From assembly GCF_006345805.1 (NCBI RefSeq), contig NW_021835467.1, positions 1-64,000 of the forward strand: a stretch of DNA of 64,000 nt, written 5' to 3'. This DNA is from Octopus sinensis. Its lineage: Eukaryota. The position numbers and the translations under genes are program-made. Positions 13,172 through 25,599 of the stretch are shown piece by piece. Positions within the stretch are counted from its first letter, which is position 1; every line of letters begins with the position of its first letter. The notes under the pieces were generated by a model. It worked only from the letters and a program-made list of their open reading frames with translations, was not told the DNA's origin and ran no database searches.

Positions 13172-13949
13172 TATGTCAACATGTCAAAGTTAAAAAGGGA
13201 TCGGAATATTTATGGTTATTATGTCAAAAATTTATGTCAAAACAAAAAGTCAACATATTTTTTAGAGGATCTCGTTGCGATCTTCATAAGAAACTGTTTC
13301 GCGGACCTCAGAATTGACGACTCTCATAATTGATTTTGAAAATGAAGCACTCACGATATTTAAACAGTATTTTTATTCCCATTAATCAATTATGTTGTAA
13401 TGAATCAATTCATACTTAAAAATCTACAAGTTTTAGGCAAGCTTTAATTTTGTGTTTATACTTTGACTGTGTTGTCAAAACACAGTCGGAACCAGTGCAA
13501 CTCCGCGCCTGAATGCCATTGAACGTATTTTAACTGCGGATCATCGGATCACTGAACGAATTACCGAGGTTGCCGGGAATCTCATTTTACTAAAAAGTCG
13601 ACATTGTTGTAATGAACGTTATTTTTATCTTCCGCGTCTGTCAGTCTTTTTTGCGACCGGCCCAGGATAGAACTGAACATTGGCAGTGACTATTTGCCCC
13701 AATCAATGTTGTTACGGACTTCCACGACGTTGATGTCATATCTTTTCACGGGGTACGATCTGTCTCCTGTGCAATGGTCCATATTCAACATATATATGGA
13801 TGCAACTTTGGAATTCCTCTCCCACATGCACCTGTCCACAAGTGAAAGTATTGATCGTTTCAATATGGTCGTACGAAGATATGTAGTCGCCTTTCTGGAT
13901 AGAAACTGATGACGAAACTGATGAAATCTTGGGGATCTTGCGCAAAGAA

Positions 13950-14340
13950 GACCAAAACTAGGCTACCTAAGCTAGTCAGACAGAAGGTGCGACTAGATAG
14001 CTTAGAAAGAAGTGTTTTGAAACTGAGGACTCCCGAAGTCTAAATATCAGAATAAAAAACCTTTAGAAATCAGATCGATGAGCTGATTAAACCTAACACA
14101 GATGGAAGCGAGAATGTTTAAAACTGAACAAGAAAAATCCAAAATTCTGGAAACTGTACAAAATAGTGAGCGGGATGGAAGCGAAGGGGAAAAATCATAC
14201 TTAAATCGGTGGATTGAGCCTTTCTTCCTACTAAGAAAATCTTTGAGATGTTCTCCCAGCAGCTAGCAGTGATTCTGGAAATGGACCCTTGATCAATCTT
14301 GCATCGGGAAATATTCTAGGAGTCGACTCGAAATTCAAGC
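13950..14340 (+). mobile_element. Degenerate Jockey-like LINE fragment
   Basis: Reads RWKRECLKLNKKNPKFWKLYK, homologous to KWKAECNKLHKANPNFWKVFGK of the LINE at 27822-29571. Confidence 0.65.
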
Positions 14341-14755
14341 TCAAAATATAGCTAAATTGCTCTAATAAACCTATATTCTATATATTTTTCATGTAAAAAA
14401 CGTTCACATCCCAGTAAAAATCTAAAAAGTAATCAGAATATTGTCTGATGATAATTTCCCTGGTTGTCTGTACATCAGTGGATAATCTCGAAACTAAATA
14501 ACTTTAGTTTTTGAATTTTATATAACAATTTAATGGGGTACTAATATTAACTGGCAAGTATTCTACCTCTTCTCTTCACCGGCTACAACAAACGAGTCTC
14601 TAGGAAAAAGCGTTTTTCTGGTTTTCTATTTGTTGGATCAAATTCCAAAAACCAAAGCTATCAACATAGTAAATTAAATTGATATTATTAAATGAAAAAA
14701 TTGAACATAATCTAATTGATTGTAAATAATTATTTCCAAGGGAATATAAACTAAA

Positions 14756-16788
14756 ATGACTTGTACAAATTGGACCAATCTAGACGTAGCACAAATCATT
14801 TCGGACCACAAAATAAACTTAAATTTTCATAGAAACAGAAGAATTTTTCATCCGAAAGCATTTCTTGGTACTGAAGAGCATTTTGTTTATGTTTCACAGA
14901 TAAGATACCACAAAATGTAAATACAAAGTTTATTCCCGCAAATCAATCTTCAAATAATTTCAGGGGAGGTTTTAATTTGGGAAATACCCTCAATAAAAAC
15001 AATACACCATTTTTCCCTTTACATTTGAGAACTACGCCTTATGAATATGGTCGCAAAGTAATTTAAATTTTCTAGGATACAAATCTGCCGAAGACTATAA
15101 ATTAGTTATAGACATGATCAAGACACAAAAAACGGAAAAAATGTTTCTGCCTCAGATTATAATTCCAAACATACCTTCACATTCTCGCTCTACTCAGACA
15201 ATAAAAATCAAGGAACTTTCCAAGGCGTCAAGTATTTGAATATATATTAAAGCATAAAGATGTGATTGTAAACTCGACACCAAATTGGGATACTTTAGAT
15301 GACAAAAAAAGTTATTTATTAATTTTTACATAAAGTGCAATTTGCACAGGAAATGTGTCGTAGAAATTCTTCCTCGGACTACGCCACTTGGCAACTGCAG
15401 GCAGCTCAGGCTGTTCGCGATTTGTTTGTGGAAAAAAAAGTTTTTTAGTTTAAATAAAATCAGAATGAACCAACAAATATAATAGAAAAATCTCTATCGT
15501 CTAATTCAAAAAAGACAATTGATTCTGAGATTTATCCTCAGGAAAATAAATCTTGGTCAAAACCTTTTGAAAAAGCAGAAAACGTGAACCGGGAAATGTC
15601 TATTTACAAAACTCCGCAAACTTTTGGTAAAAGTGTTTATGTCGAAGCCGAACATCCAAAACTTATAAATACAGCGACTTCTACAGATCTAATAACGACA
15701 TTTACAGAAAGATCCAGTTCTCCGATTTTGGTATCCAACAAAAAAGATATAAGTTGTTCTACTGATGTCGTTGTATCGTGCATTTTAGTGAATAGCTCAA
15801 CATCACCAATCAATCCTTTTTCTTTAAACGACCAAACAACACAAACTGAAGATTTTACAGAGATTCAAAGCAAGAGTAGAGAATTGGAATTTACGAAACC
15901 GTCATTTGATTCTGAAAACACTTTTGTTAAAAGAGACGAGAAATTATTTATTAATTACAAAAAAGAGTCCAATTACGACCATCCTAATGCTTTGGATCAA
16001 AAAACTCGCGACAACATTCTTAGTGAAAAAATAGAAAATGATCAAATCGACAGTATTCATAGGTATTTGAATAATTTTATATTCAAGCTACGACATTGAA
16101 CCAGATATTGATTCCTTACTCAATTACATTGAGGTTGGAGATGATGCGACAGATCAAGTCCTTTTGAAATTAGATGAAGATTCTAAATTAAATCTTAAAA
16201 AACAACCTGCAACAAATAGTGCAACTATAAGGCAATGGATGCGGAATTCTTTTTACAAAAGGAATCAAACGTATATAAATGACAGAAACCTGGCAATTAA
16301 ACAAGAAAGAGCACCATTTTTCAACAAAAAAGTCATTAAAATAAAAGTTAAATTAGGATCCTATAAAACGATCGAACAATTTTAATGAAACAAAAGCAAA
16401 ACAAAAAAGAAACTCCGATGCATACCGAATGGCTCTGTCATATGTTTGTTAATTTTTTATCAATTTAAGCTGACGGAAATTCAATGCAATAAAAAAGAAT
16501 CAAATTTAATGGTTTCAAAATCGAAGAATAGTCAAACAAGCCGTCAACAATTACAAAAAATATATGGCAACTAATATTTATATATATTACTAAGGGACAT
16601 CACGTCTGTCTTCGATAAATAAAATGATCTCAAAGAATAAAACTCAAGTAAAAAATAAATTCAAAATATTTTCCGATATAAATGAATGTGAAATGAAAAT
16701 GAATACACAGGACGAAATATCTCTTGTCAGCACCAATGATATCAGTGAGATCATTGACTGGGCAGAAATTGACAGAATAATATCTTGA
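14756..16788 (+). CDS. Probable reduced CPLANE1/JBTS17-like ciliogenesis protein, multi-exon; 5' end uncertain
   Basis: Open frame across about 9 short introns; contains IRQWMRNSFYKRNQTYINDRNLAIKQERAPFF, RNSDAYRM and the C-terminus DISEIIDWAEIDRIIS*, which resemble my recollection of the CPLANE1 Joubert domain and C-terminus. Gene model is more secure than the identity. Confidence 0.6.
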
Positions 16789-19193
16789 TATTTGATGTAA
16801 AAAATGTCTTTAATTTATATTTCATTTAAACGTTGTACCCATTTTGGCAAAAAGCTCGTTCCTAATTTCCAGAAAAGATTTAGAAAAATGAGGACTTTAA
16901 GAATCCTGCATTTTAGAATCATTTTAGACTTTAGACTAAAAGGAGATTTTTCCAGAATAGATGCATAGTTTCTTTTAAGTATGTGACTTTTTAATTACAT
17001 TTTGAATATTTTATTGGAAATGGCAAATTTTTAAAAGTTCAATTTGATTGGATTGAGCATAGAAGATAAGTTTAAACAGAACTCGGTTCTTTTTGTCATT
17101 TATGGCGACCATCTAACATTTTCTTAAGATACAAAGAACCGGAATACTTATTACTAGGGAAAAATAAATCAATAAAGTCAATTTCAATTCAGAGTTAGAC
17201 TTTAGTCTCACTTCTTTCAGAGTTTACTTGCCGCAATATAGTAGAAATTTTAGCTCAACAAAAAATATCAGAAATAATTAATTTAATTTCAAATATCAAA
17301 GTTAGTTTGAATAGTTTAATTGTCACGGTTTTTTGATTTTGGATGAAACTGATGTTAAGAAAAACAAATTTGTTATTTGGTTGAAATGTCGGTGAGCTAC
17401 TTTTCATATTGAAATTTTTTGTCGATTGACTTATATATTTTAATAACAAAATTTTGTTTTATAATTAAAAGTTAATGGGATTTTTAGCAAAATTTTCAGA
17501 AATACTTTCAGTTCTTCTGACAACAGACTGTTTTGAGAGTGTGGTATTTGGGTTTAAATATATTCGATTACAAAAATTAAAATCGTGCTGGTATTTGGGT
17601 TAAAATTGATGCCAAAGCAGAATGTGCTTTAAAACCGATTTCATAAATAAAAATAATATTTTAAAATTTATAATTGATATTTTAGAATAACGAGAAAAAA
17701 TCTAAATGCTTCATAATTTATTAAAATTTCAAAACAAGAATCTTCTGAAGGAGCAAGCCTGTCTGCACAGTTCATTTGTGATTAGAAGACCTAATTTTAG
17801 AGATTGAAACGAGAAATAGCAATGAGATCTGTCAAATTATTACCCCCCTCACAACCTAAACCAAATTAGCGTTCAGTATTCATTGATTTTACTTTTTATA
17901 TTAAGGTCTACTTATAAATTATTTTATGGGATTCAATGGAAAACTTAAGTTATTTCAATTTTAATTTTAAATCATGTTAAAATTTTAAATAATTTAATAA
18001 ATATATTTGTTGATGACAGGCTTGTTAGGCGTCAAAGTCGCTCTCAGCGCTCGCGACATAATCTTTTCAACTTTTTAGAACTTTTTTATTAATAAGATTT
18101 TATTTTTTTATTATCAATATTTTTTTGCAATGAAATGTTTTGTAGGAAAAATATTTGTTTTGTATTTAGATAATTGACCTGACCAATCTGGCGCCCCGGC
18201 CGGTCTGGACGGTGACATTAAATGTTAAAGAATCAGTTTTTTAGTTGAAAAAATATAGTATTTCTTTTTTGTCCATATACTCTTACTCTAACACCGAATT
18301 TCCCGAAAAACGTTAATTTTGCTCATTTAGTATATAATTGTGCATTTAAAATAAAAGTAAATTATTTCGAAGTCAACAAATAGATTGCTTGTGTCGAACC
18401 ATTAGTTGTAAAAACAATTATCGAAGACAATTATTTAAAGAAATTGGGTACCCACCAGAACCAATAGTTAAGAAATGAGGGAGCTGGCTTATAGCTGTTT
18501 TTTTACTATACTACAAACTTGCCAAATGTTATACACTTCCTTCGAAGGAGATTTTTTGCTTATTAAAAGAGTGAAAGAATGTTTATTTAGTTAACAACTT
18601 CATGAAGATCTAACGACGCTAATATCACAATATTCACCGTTATTACATTTGCTTGATGATTTAGAATCGACCAATTTTACTATAAAAAAAGCATTCAATT
18701 ATTTGAAAACATTGGATTTTAAAGAAGACGTGTGTGGAATAAAAAATTATATTATCGAAAGGATGAATTCCAATGATATCACAAAAATTGTGAATTTCGA
18801 TGATCATTCCATTTCACCTTTAGATTATTCTTTGTTGATTGAATGTCAGGCAACATCGTGCGCAGTAGAACGATCATTTTCGATTCTTAACAAAATCTTA
18901 ACCAAGGATAGGAATTTTAAAGTGGATAATGTAAAATATTACTTAATTGTAAATAACTCGATAAACGATGAATAAAAATACTTTAAATTTTCATAAACGT
19001 AGTTTATATATGAAAATAAAGTAGTATTTTTACGGTCAATTATTTGGTCAATTTTTAAAATTTTAAGGTCAATTACATTGACTTTTTAAGGGCAATTTTT
19101 ATTTTTTTAAGTCAATAAAAATGTTGCTCTAGTTATTAGATTTACTTGATGATTTAGAATCGACCAATCTTACTATAAATAGAGCATAAAATT

Positions 19194-21373
19194 TTTTTTT
19201 AAATTAGAATTCAAAAACTGAACACGTATTTAATTAGTAGCAGAGGATAAGATGGAATGGCAATTCCCACGCAAAATGGCTATTGATATGCGTTGGAAAA
19301 GCCATGTCCGTTCCCGATGATCATTTCTCCTTCTGCTTGCCAGGTCCCCCAGTTTAATAAGTTAAATGATGATATCCTGCACTTTCAAGGAATTCCGAAG
19401 AATATCCTTTCCTTTGACCGATGATATGTTATTGGCCCACAAGAAAATAAATTTTATGATATCCTCCAAAGGTACTCTGGCTCCCTCTAGCCAAGTTCCT
19501 GTACATTTTTACAACGTATTTTATACCGGCTTTCAATCCAGAACTAGTTCTGCACTCTCTTTTGTGACAATACCATAACGGTGGCGTCTTTTGGTAAATT
19601 GAACAGGTTGAGTTCACGTCACATTTAAATTTATAACACGTGGGATTATTATTTTATTTTATTGTAATTAATTATAAAACACATATATTATCACTGGAAA
19701 AAATAGTATTATTTTGAAACTCGCTAAAAAGTGGCTGTAGACTACTACAAAAGTACCGGAATTTTTTAGTTCTGGGACCGAGGACTCCCGACGTCTCCAC
19801 TGCGGTGAGATAATGCACTGTATTTCTTGATTTTTAGCGTTTCGGCCAGGTTAGCTGCGGAGCCCGGCTCTGCGGCCATTTTCGAAAGGGAAAGTCGTTA
19901 GGCCGTCAGGACGTTTACCATCCTCCCGAACCTGGCCGACCGGTTCCAACTGTGATGGGAATCCGGCAGTTTCAAGGGTCCGCTTAACTATGTCGTTCAG
20001 GGCAATGTGTCGGGGAAAGCGTCCGGAGCTTTTCTGGCACGATAATGGGTGCAATTCAAAGGGGTCAACAGTCGATCCACAGCGGCACCGGTGTTTTCGG
20101 CATACGTTTAGTCCCAGGCGCAATGAGACGACGATCCTCAGGCAATCGTCGTTCAATAAGGTTCCAATAGATCCCATAGGGATAGCGGTCAACCAAGCCC
20201 CCGAATATGGTTGCGAGGGAGCCAATAAACAAGCCAAGTGATGTTGGTTAAACTTAGGCTTGAGGTTGTTCGACTTCTGATCACAGAGAATCCTGTCCCA
20301 TTCGTCTTGTGCGTGTGTATTCTGTGGAAGCTCAAGAGACATCCCAAGCCAGCGACTTTCTGCGGCGACTGACTCTGAGTCCATAGGAGATTCGGTAACG
20401 GGTTGGAGAATCTCTTGGACAAGGGTGCTCGTGGCATGTGTAGGAGAAAGAAATGCTGGCAAAGAAAGGTCAGTGGCTGACCGCACACCGATGCCGCCAC
20501 GACCGATGGGGAGTGTTGCCTGTTCCCAGCCAAGATCGTCAAAGAAGGCATTACATATTGATTCGAGGCAAGTCCTGAGAGCATGGTCGAATCTGGAGAG
20601 GCTTTCGGGATTGGCAAAGCATGGAGCGCTTCTAAGTGTAAACAATAGTTTGGGGATGGCGAAACAGTTCCTCAATAGAAACAGGGCCGAATGGGAATCG
20701 ATGATACCAAGATTACGGGACATTGATACAAGGTTTGGTGTTTTTTCTGATAATATCCAAACGACACCGGTGTTAAAAATCGGGGAACCCAGAATCTTGA
20801 GATTACTGGGCGAGGTGACATGGATGTTGGGAAGTAATGATTCGATAGAACCATGGGCAACGGAGAAACGGTAGACATCATAACTGATGTTAAAGATTTC
20901 AGATTTTGGGGAATTGATTTCGAGGCCAATTGCGTTTAATGCAGAAATTAAAACTCTCAGGTCGTCAAGAACGGATTCGAGAGTACCTCCGATAGTGGCA
21001 TCGTCCAAATACCACGCATTGAAAACGAAGGATACACTTCTGGCAACGGGATCGATTGCCAGGGCAAAGAGAAGAGGACCCAGAGGGTCGCTTTGTTGGA
21101 CACCGTTGCAGGACGAGATTGAGTGATCGCCAGCGATAAGGAGGCTGGGGCGACCGTAAGTCAATGCGACCAGGCGGGCAATAAAAGGTGAACGCCGGAT
21201 AATAGATTCAAATACTACGTCCCGACGAACGCTGTTAAAGGCGTTAATCAGGACCAGCTTGACTAGAAGGCAAGGGTTATTCGGCCTATTTTGTGAGGCG
21301 GAAATGAGCTTCCTTGTTGCATGGACTACGGCTTCACAGCCGCCTTGGACGCCGACTCCAAGTTGTATTGGGC
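19194..21373 (-). mobile_element. CRE-like non-LTR retrotransposon (RT plus CCHC plus RLE endonuclease), 5'-truncated and defective
   Basis: QLGVGVQGG, KLVLINAFNS (catalytic D changed to V), GVQQSDPLGPLLF, WYLDD, CRCG...HPLSC...RH, RPDG, AVETSGVLGP, WLFQRISIAILRGN; poly(A) at 19194-19200; probable 6-bp TSD aaaatt. Confidence 0.9.
19363..19757 (-). mobile_element. Merlin/ISXO2-like transposon 5' fragment inserted in the CRE endonuclease
   Basis: Interrupts the RLE frame between GPRTKKF and LIKLGDLASRRR; starts with GGTACT on the minus strand; encodes CHKRECRTSSG and GTWLEGARVPLEDIIKFIFLWAN, typical of the N-terminal part of Merlin transposases. Confidence 0.6.
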
Positions 21374-21940
21374 AAAATTATTTGAAAAATTGGATTTTAA
21401 AAAAGACGATTGTGGAATACAAAATTAAAATTAACAAAAGGATGAATTTTAATGATATCACAAAAATAAAGAATTTTAATAATCATTTCATTTTCGGATT
21501 TTTCTTTTTTGATTAAATGTCAGACTGCATCCTGCTCAGTGGAACGATCATTTTCGATTCTAAACAAAATCAATAAAAATGTTGCCCTAATTATTACGCA
21601 TAAAATTAATAACAGCTTAGATAAACAATCAGATATTTAGTTGACGTTAGCTTTTTATTCGTCATTTAATATTGGGATTTTAATTATACATTAATTTCTT
21701 TTTACACAAAGCAACAATTTTTGATTCTTTCTAAAAACCACAGATTATCAAGATAAGTGGATTTTTAATTCAAGGTTAATGTTAAATACTTTAATTATTA
21801 TAACGTTGAAGTTAATTTCAAATATTATAAAATCTCTTTTCCACTCTCCAAATATCAATAAATTGCCTAAAACATACTCGCTATAATTTTATCTTTTAAT
21901 CATAAACGCAGGAAATATAATTGTTCACATAAAAATTGAT

Positions 21941-21982
<42 letters not shown>

Positions 21983-21993
21983 TATATTGTGTT

Positions 21994-24332
21994 ATGGACC
22001 TTGGAAATAATAAATTGGAGTATAATTTGAACATCGAGTCTGAACTAACTAACCTTCCCTTTCCTGGTGACCGAAATATAGAAGAAAAGCTGATATCGAC
22101 AATGATTACTCCTCCTTCCATGCCTGAAGGAGGGTTTGGATGGTTGACAGTTATTGCCACATTCTTCTTGAATTTTACGGTTGATGGGATTAATGGTTCC
22201 GCTGGAATTATCCTTCCTGAACTTCAGCGTTACTACAACAGTTCGATCGAAGAAACGACATTGGTCTTGTCTCTGCTCATTCTCTTCACATACATTTCGT
22301 GTATTATTCTTTTGACTAGATAAGTCTCCTTACATAGCTCCAATGGCTGCTATTCTGATGGATAAACTAAAACCGCGAACTATTGTAATATTCTTTGGAT
22401 TGATAGCTACTCTGTCAGTGACATTGACTTATTTCGTTGTTTCCGTGAAACTCATTGCCTTCACATTTGGAGTACTTCCAGGTCGCAAAAGTTTAATTTA
22501 ATAAATTTTAGGTATCTCTTTCAGTATGTGTGTAATGTGTGCTCAAGTTATGATTAGTCTTTATTTTGATAAAAAACGGGCTCTGGCTTACAGTATTACA
22601 GGAGTAGGAAGTGGACTAGGGTCCATTCTAATGCCTTTTCTAACTTCTATGATTGTTAACAAGCATGGATTTAGATTCATTTTCTTCTTTTGGGGAGGAC
22701 TTTGTTTTTTATTGCTCATTCTTGGACCCTTATATTTTCCTCTAAAATTGGCCGAAGATTACGAAAACAATTTCAAAAATCAATCAGAGAAAATAAGCGT
22801 TGATTTGGGTGATGATTCTTCTGCAGTATATATGAGAGATCTGGGAAACGTCAGCATTGATCCTTGGTTAGAAACCACGAATCTTATTTCAGTAAAGAAT
22901 CATTCGATGTGGATCAATTTTATCCTATTGAGAAAAGGTCAACCGACACTATCATTTGCAGCGACTCCAAGCCTCGAAAAATAAATTTCAAGACTTATTA
23001 TCAGCAAAAAACAAAAGTTTTTATTTCTTAGATTGTTGGTAGAAAATTTATGAGAACTTTTCTTTTATGAATAATTTGAACAGAAACGCAACTTTTACCA
23101 CGAAACCTGGAATATTTAGACAGGTCTCGACTGCCAAAGAATTGGAAGAGATATACAACGTCCTTAGTTCCCGACATAACTATGTTCCAAAAACTACTCC
23201 ACAAAAAATCAATCATTTAAAATCACACGCAAATAGTTTTTATAATCAAGTTGTCAATTATAATAATGTTAATTCAACATTCTCTGGTTTACTCAGTCAA
23301 ATTAACGACGTAATTGAACGCTCGAAATCAGGAAAGAAAAATATTAAATTTAACAGTCACAGCGAAGAAGATATTTTCAGGCTAAAATACGGAGATAGAA
23401 ACATAATTTCTTCAAATAATTCTTTTATTGACAAACAAACATTTAATTTCCTCAAGAAATGGATTGAAAACATGATGCTGAAACCTATATACAGGATCGA
23501 TATTTTTTACATGGGGTCTAGAAAACAAATGATAAAGAAAGGACTATTGAATGATAAATCTGATTTTCTCGATAACATCCACGTTCCTAAAATAGAAATG
23601 TACCATACTATTTTTGGCAATTTAAAACATATCTTGTCCATTGTACTCGACTGGTCTATTTTCCGACTTCCTCGTCTCGTTCTTTATTTTGTCTCCATTA
23701 GTTTATTCAGTTGGGGCTCGTTTATTCCAATGGTTTTTATCGTACTTTTCGCAGGAGAATTTACACCTTTGGCACAATACTTGCCATCTATAATTGGTTG
23801 ATTTTAATTTTATATTTTTAGGAGGAGGATCAATCCTTGGGCAGCTCTTTTGCGGAGTGTTTATTAGTATTTACAAATTTACTCCGTCCAGGTTGAGTGA
23901 ATTTGCTTTCTTTCTCTCTTCCGTTTCCTGTGCTATTATTGCTTCATTAGAAAGACATTTCTATCCATTGGTCGTTGTTTGTTTGTTTTTTGGTTTTACA
24001 TATGGTCTGTAATTTTTTCTAAATATTTTTAGGGATTTTATTGACTACGTGGCAGTCTATTTTGAGTGAAATTGTTGGTCTTCGAAGACTCACTTCTTCT
24101 CTATCCTTTTATCTTTTTTTCAGAGGAATCTCCGTTTTTATAGGATTATACACTTCAAGTTTACTTTCCGTGTGTATTTTCATTTTTAGGCATTTTAAGC
24201 AAAATCATTGGCCTCAAAGGCACATTTTATTTCGCATCTGTTTTACTTTTTGTATCAGCTATTGTACAGTCATGTATGAGATGCATTAAATCTGATAAGT
24301 CTGATTTAAAAAATACTCAAATTTTATTTTAA
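21994..24332 (+). CDS. Monocarboxylate transporter (SLC16, MFS) with a long central loop
   Basis: PEGGFGWLTV motif, YFDKKRALAYSITGVGSGLG, SEIVGLRRLTSSLS; multiple TM segments joined by short introns; ends KNTQILF*. Confidence 0.9.
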
Positions 24333-24449
24333 AGATTAATTTTAACTCGTAATTAATTTTTTGTTAACTCATCAAAGTTTATTCGATTTTAATTTTGAAA
24401 TATATTAAAGAAGGAATTAAAAGTTAGATTAATTAAATTTCCTTTTTAT

Positions 24450-24920
24450 CGAGCTGCTTAGGTCAAACAGATGTCAGAGAATACAAGTTCCCATTTAGAT
24501 ACCTGCTGAATGGAGTCCCGCAAGGCTCAGTGCTATCGCCAACTTTCTTAAAGTTCTATTTAAGTGACGCACCAGTCACCAAGAATAAATTACTAGTCTC
24601 ATTTGCCGACGACATAATCATTGCATCAAGAGATAGTAATCTATCAATGGCCACAAATTACTTACAATTTATCTGGATTCTATTGCTGCTTGATTATAAA
24701 TCAAGCAGCTATCCATTTCAACATCTAAATCGAACTAAACGCTCTTCACGACGAAACGTGATCTCAATCATGAACTCTTTGTATTTGAGAATCGTTTACC
24801 CATAAAAAAAACCCTAAATTTCGGATTTCATGAACAATCTCTGAGTTTCCTACTTACATGAATACGATATTTACTAAAGCCAGGCGCAAGCTGAACGCAT
24901 TACGTGCAGTCTATGGTTAT
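24450..24920 (+). mobile_element. LINE RT fragment
   Basis: LLNGVPQGSVLSP and SFADDIII motifs, followed by frameshifts. Confidence 0.75.
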
Positions 24921-25211
24921 TCTTTTGGATAAGATTTTTGAAGAAAGTTGTTTGCAGCTAGCATGTGAGAGGAGTAAAGCAACGTAAATATATAAGTATT
25001 TATGCCTTAAATATTTTTCAAAAATGGCAAACTTCATTTTTTAGAATTCCGCCTTATAGTTATCCTTATGGTAGAATTAGTTATTTTCAAAATATAAATA
25101 AACAGGATTAGTTAGCTTTTTTAATTCTCATTGTTCATTAAGTTTTAATTAACCTAGATTTATTATAAAATAAGCATATAAATATAAAATGTTTGATTTT
25201 ATAATTAATTG

Positions 25212-25340
25212 AGTTTTTTTATTAGACAGAGATAAAAACACAGACAAAAATTATATAGAACTGCCGGCGTAAGATGGCCTGGCGGTTCCCCCGGAAGATC
25301 GCAAATGAGACTCTTCGGAGAAGATGCCGAGTATCGTAAT
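25212..25340 (-). mobile_element. Short 3' remnant of a CRE-like element
   Basis: Minus strand YDTRHLLRRVSFAIFRGNRQAILRRQ (RLE C-terminal helix), then a short UTR and an A-run. Confidence 0.6.
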
Positions 25341-25599
25341 TAATTAATTCTTAAAATTAGAAAGATTGAAAAAATCCTTAAAAAAGATAATTTTATTTTT
25401 GCTTATTGTTTTTTTAGTTTAAGCAAAAAACAACTTTTTGTTGTTAATTCGATTATCGATTTTTTAACTGTGATTTGTTTCGGAGTTTAACAGCAACCGC
25501 TTTTTTTCAACTTCGCCTCATTAAAAAGCGGTCAAAATAAATAATCCTTAAATAGATATAATTTTATAGTTTTCTCTCTAATTCTGAGAGAGTGTTGGG

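Larger units (their letters stand above)
17155..21589 (+). mobile_element. Rearranged CGGBP1-type hAT copy: 5' end at 17155, duplicated 3' ends at 19131 and 21589, nested insertions
   Basis: Termini taggg... and ...gttgc(c/t)cta match the element at 45765-47434; CQATSCAVERSFS dimerisation motif at 18649-18975; second 3' copy (19140-19187 joined to 21374-21589) is split by a CRE-like element. Confidence 0.8.

Noticed and set aside
13694-13909. RT-like string LSPVQWSIFNIYMD
   Set aside because: No preceding QG or following YADD; probably coincidental.
16566-16594. GC-AG intron in the CPLANE1-like gene (and a similar one in the lectin near 39937)
   Set aside because: In both cases an in-frame canonical GT donor exists nearby, so a GC donor is not required.
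18015-18225. Possible Ginger-type termini (…cgctcgcgaca, …cggtgaca)
   Set aside because: Only 7 bp shared with the terminus at 37744; no partner TIR or coding remnant.
19990-20929. Several long ORFs overlapping or antisense to the CRE-like RT
   Set aside because: Expected shadow ORFs of GC-richer coding sequence; no recognisable motifs.
21944-21977. 34-nt poly(T) just upstream of the SLC16 gene as a retroposon tail or promoter element
   Set aside because: No adjoining element body or TSD; length may be a homopolymer artefact.
25260-25340. Possible ribozyme or structured ncRNA (GC-rich island)
   Set aside because: Explained as the coding 3' end of a CRE-like endonuclease on the minus strand.
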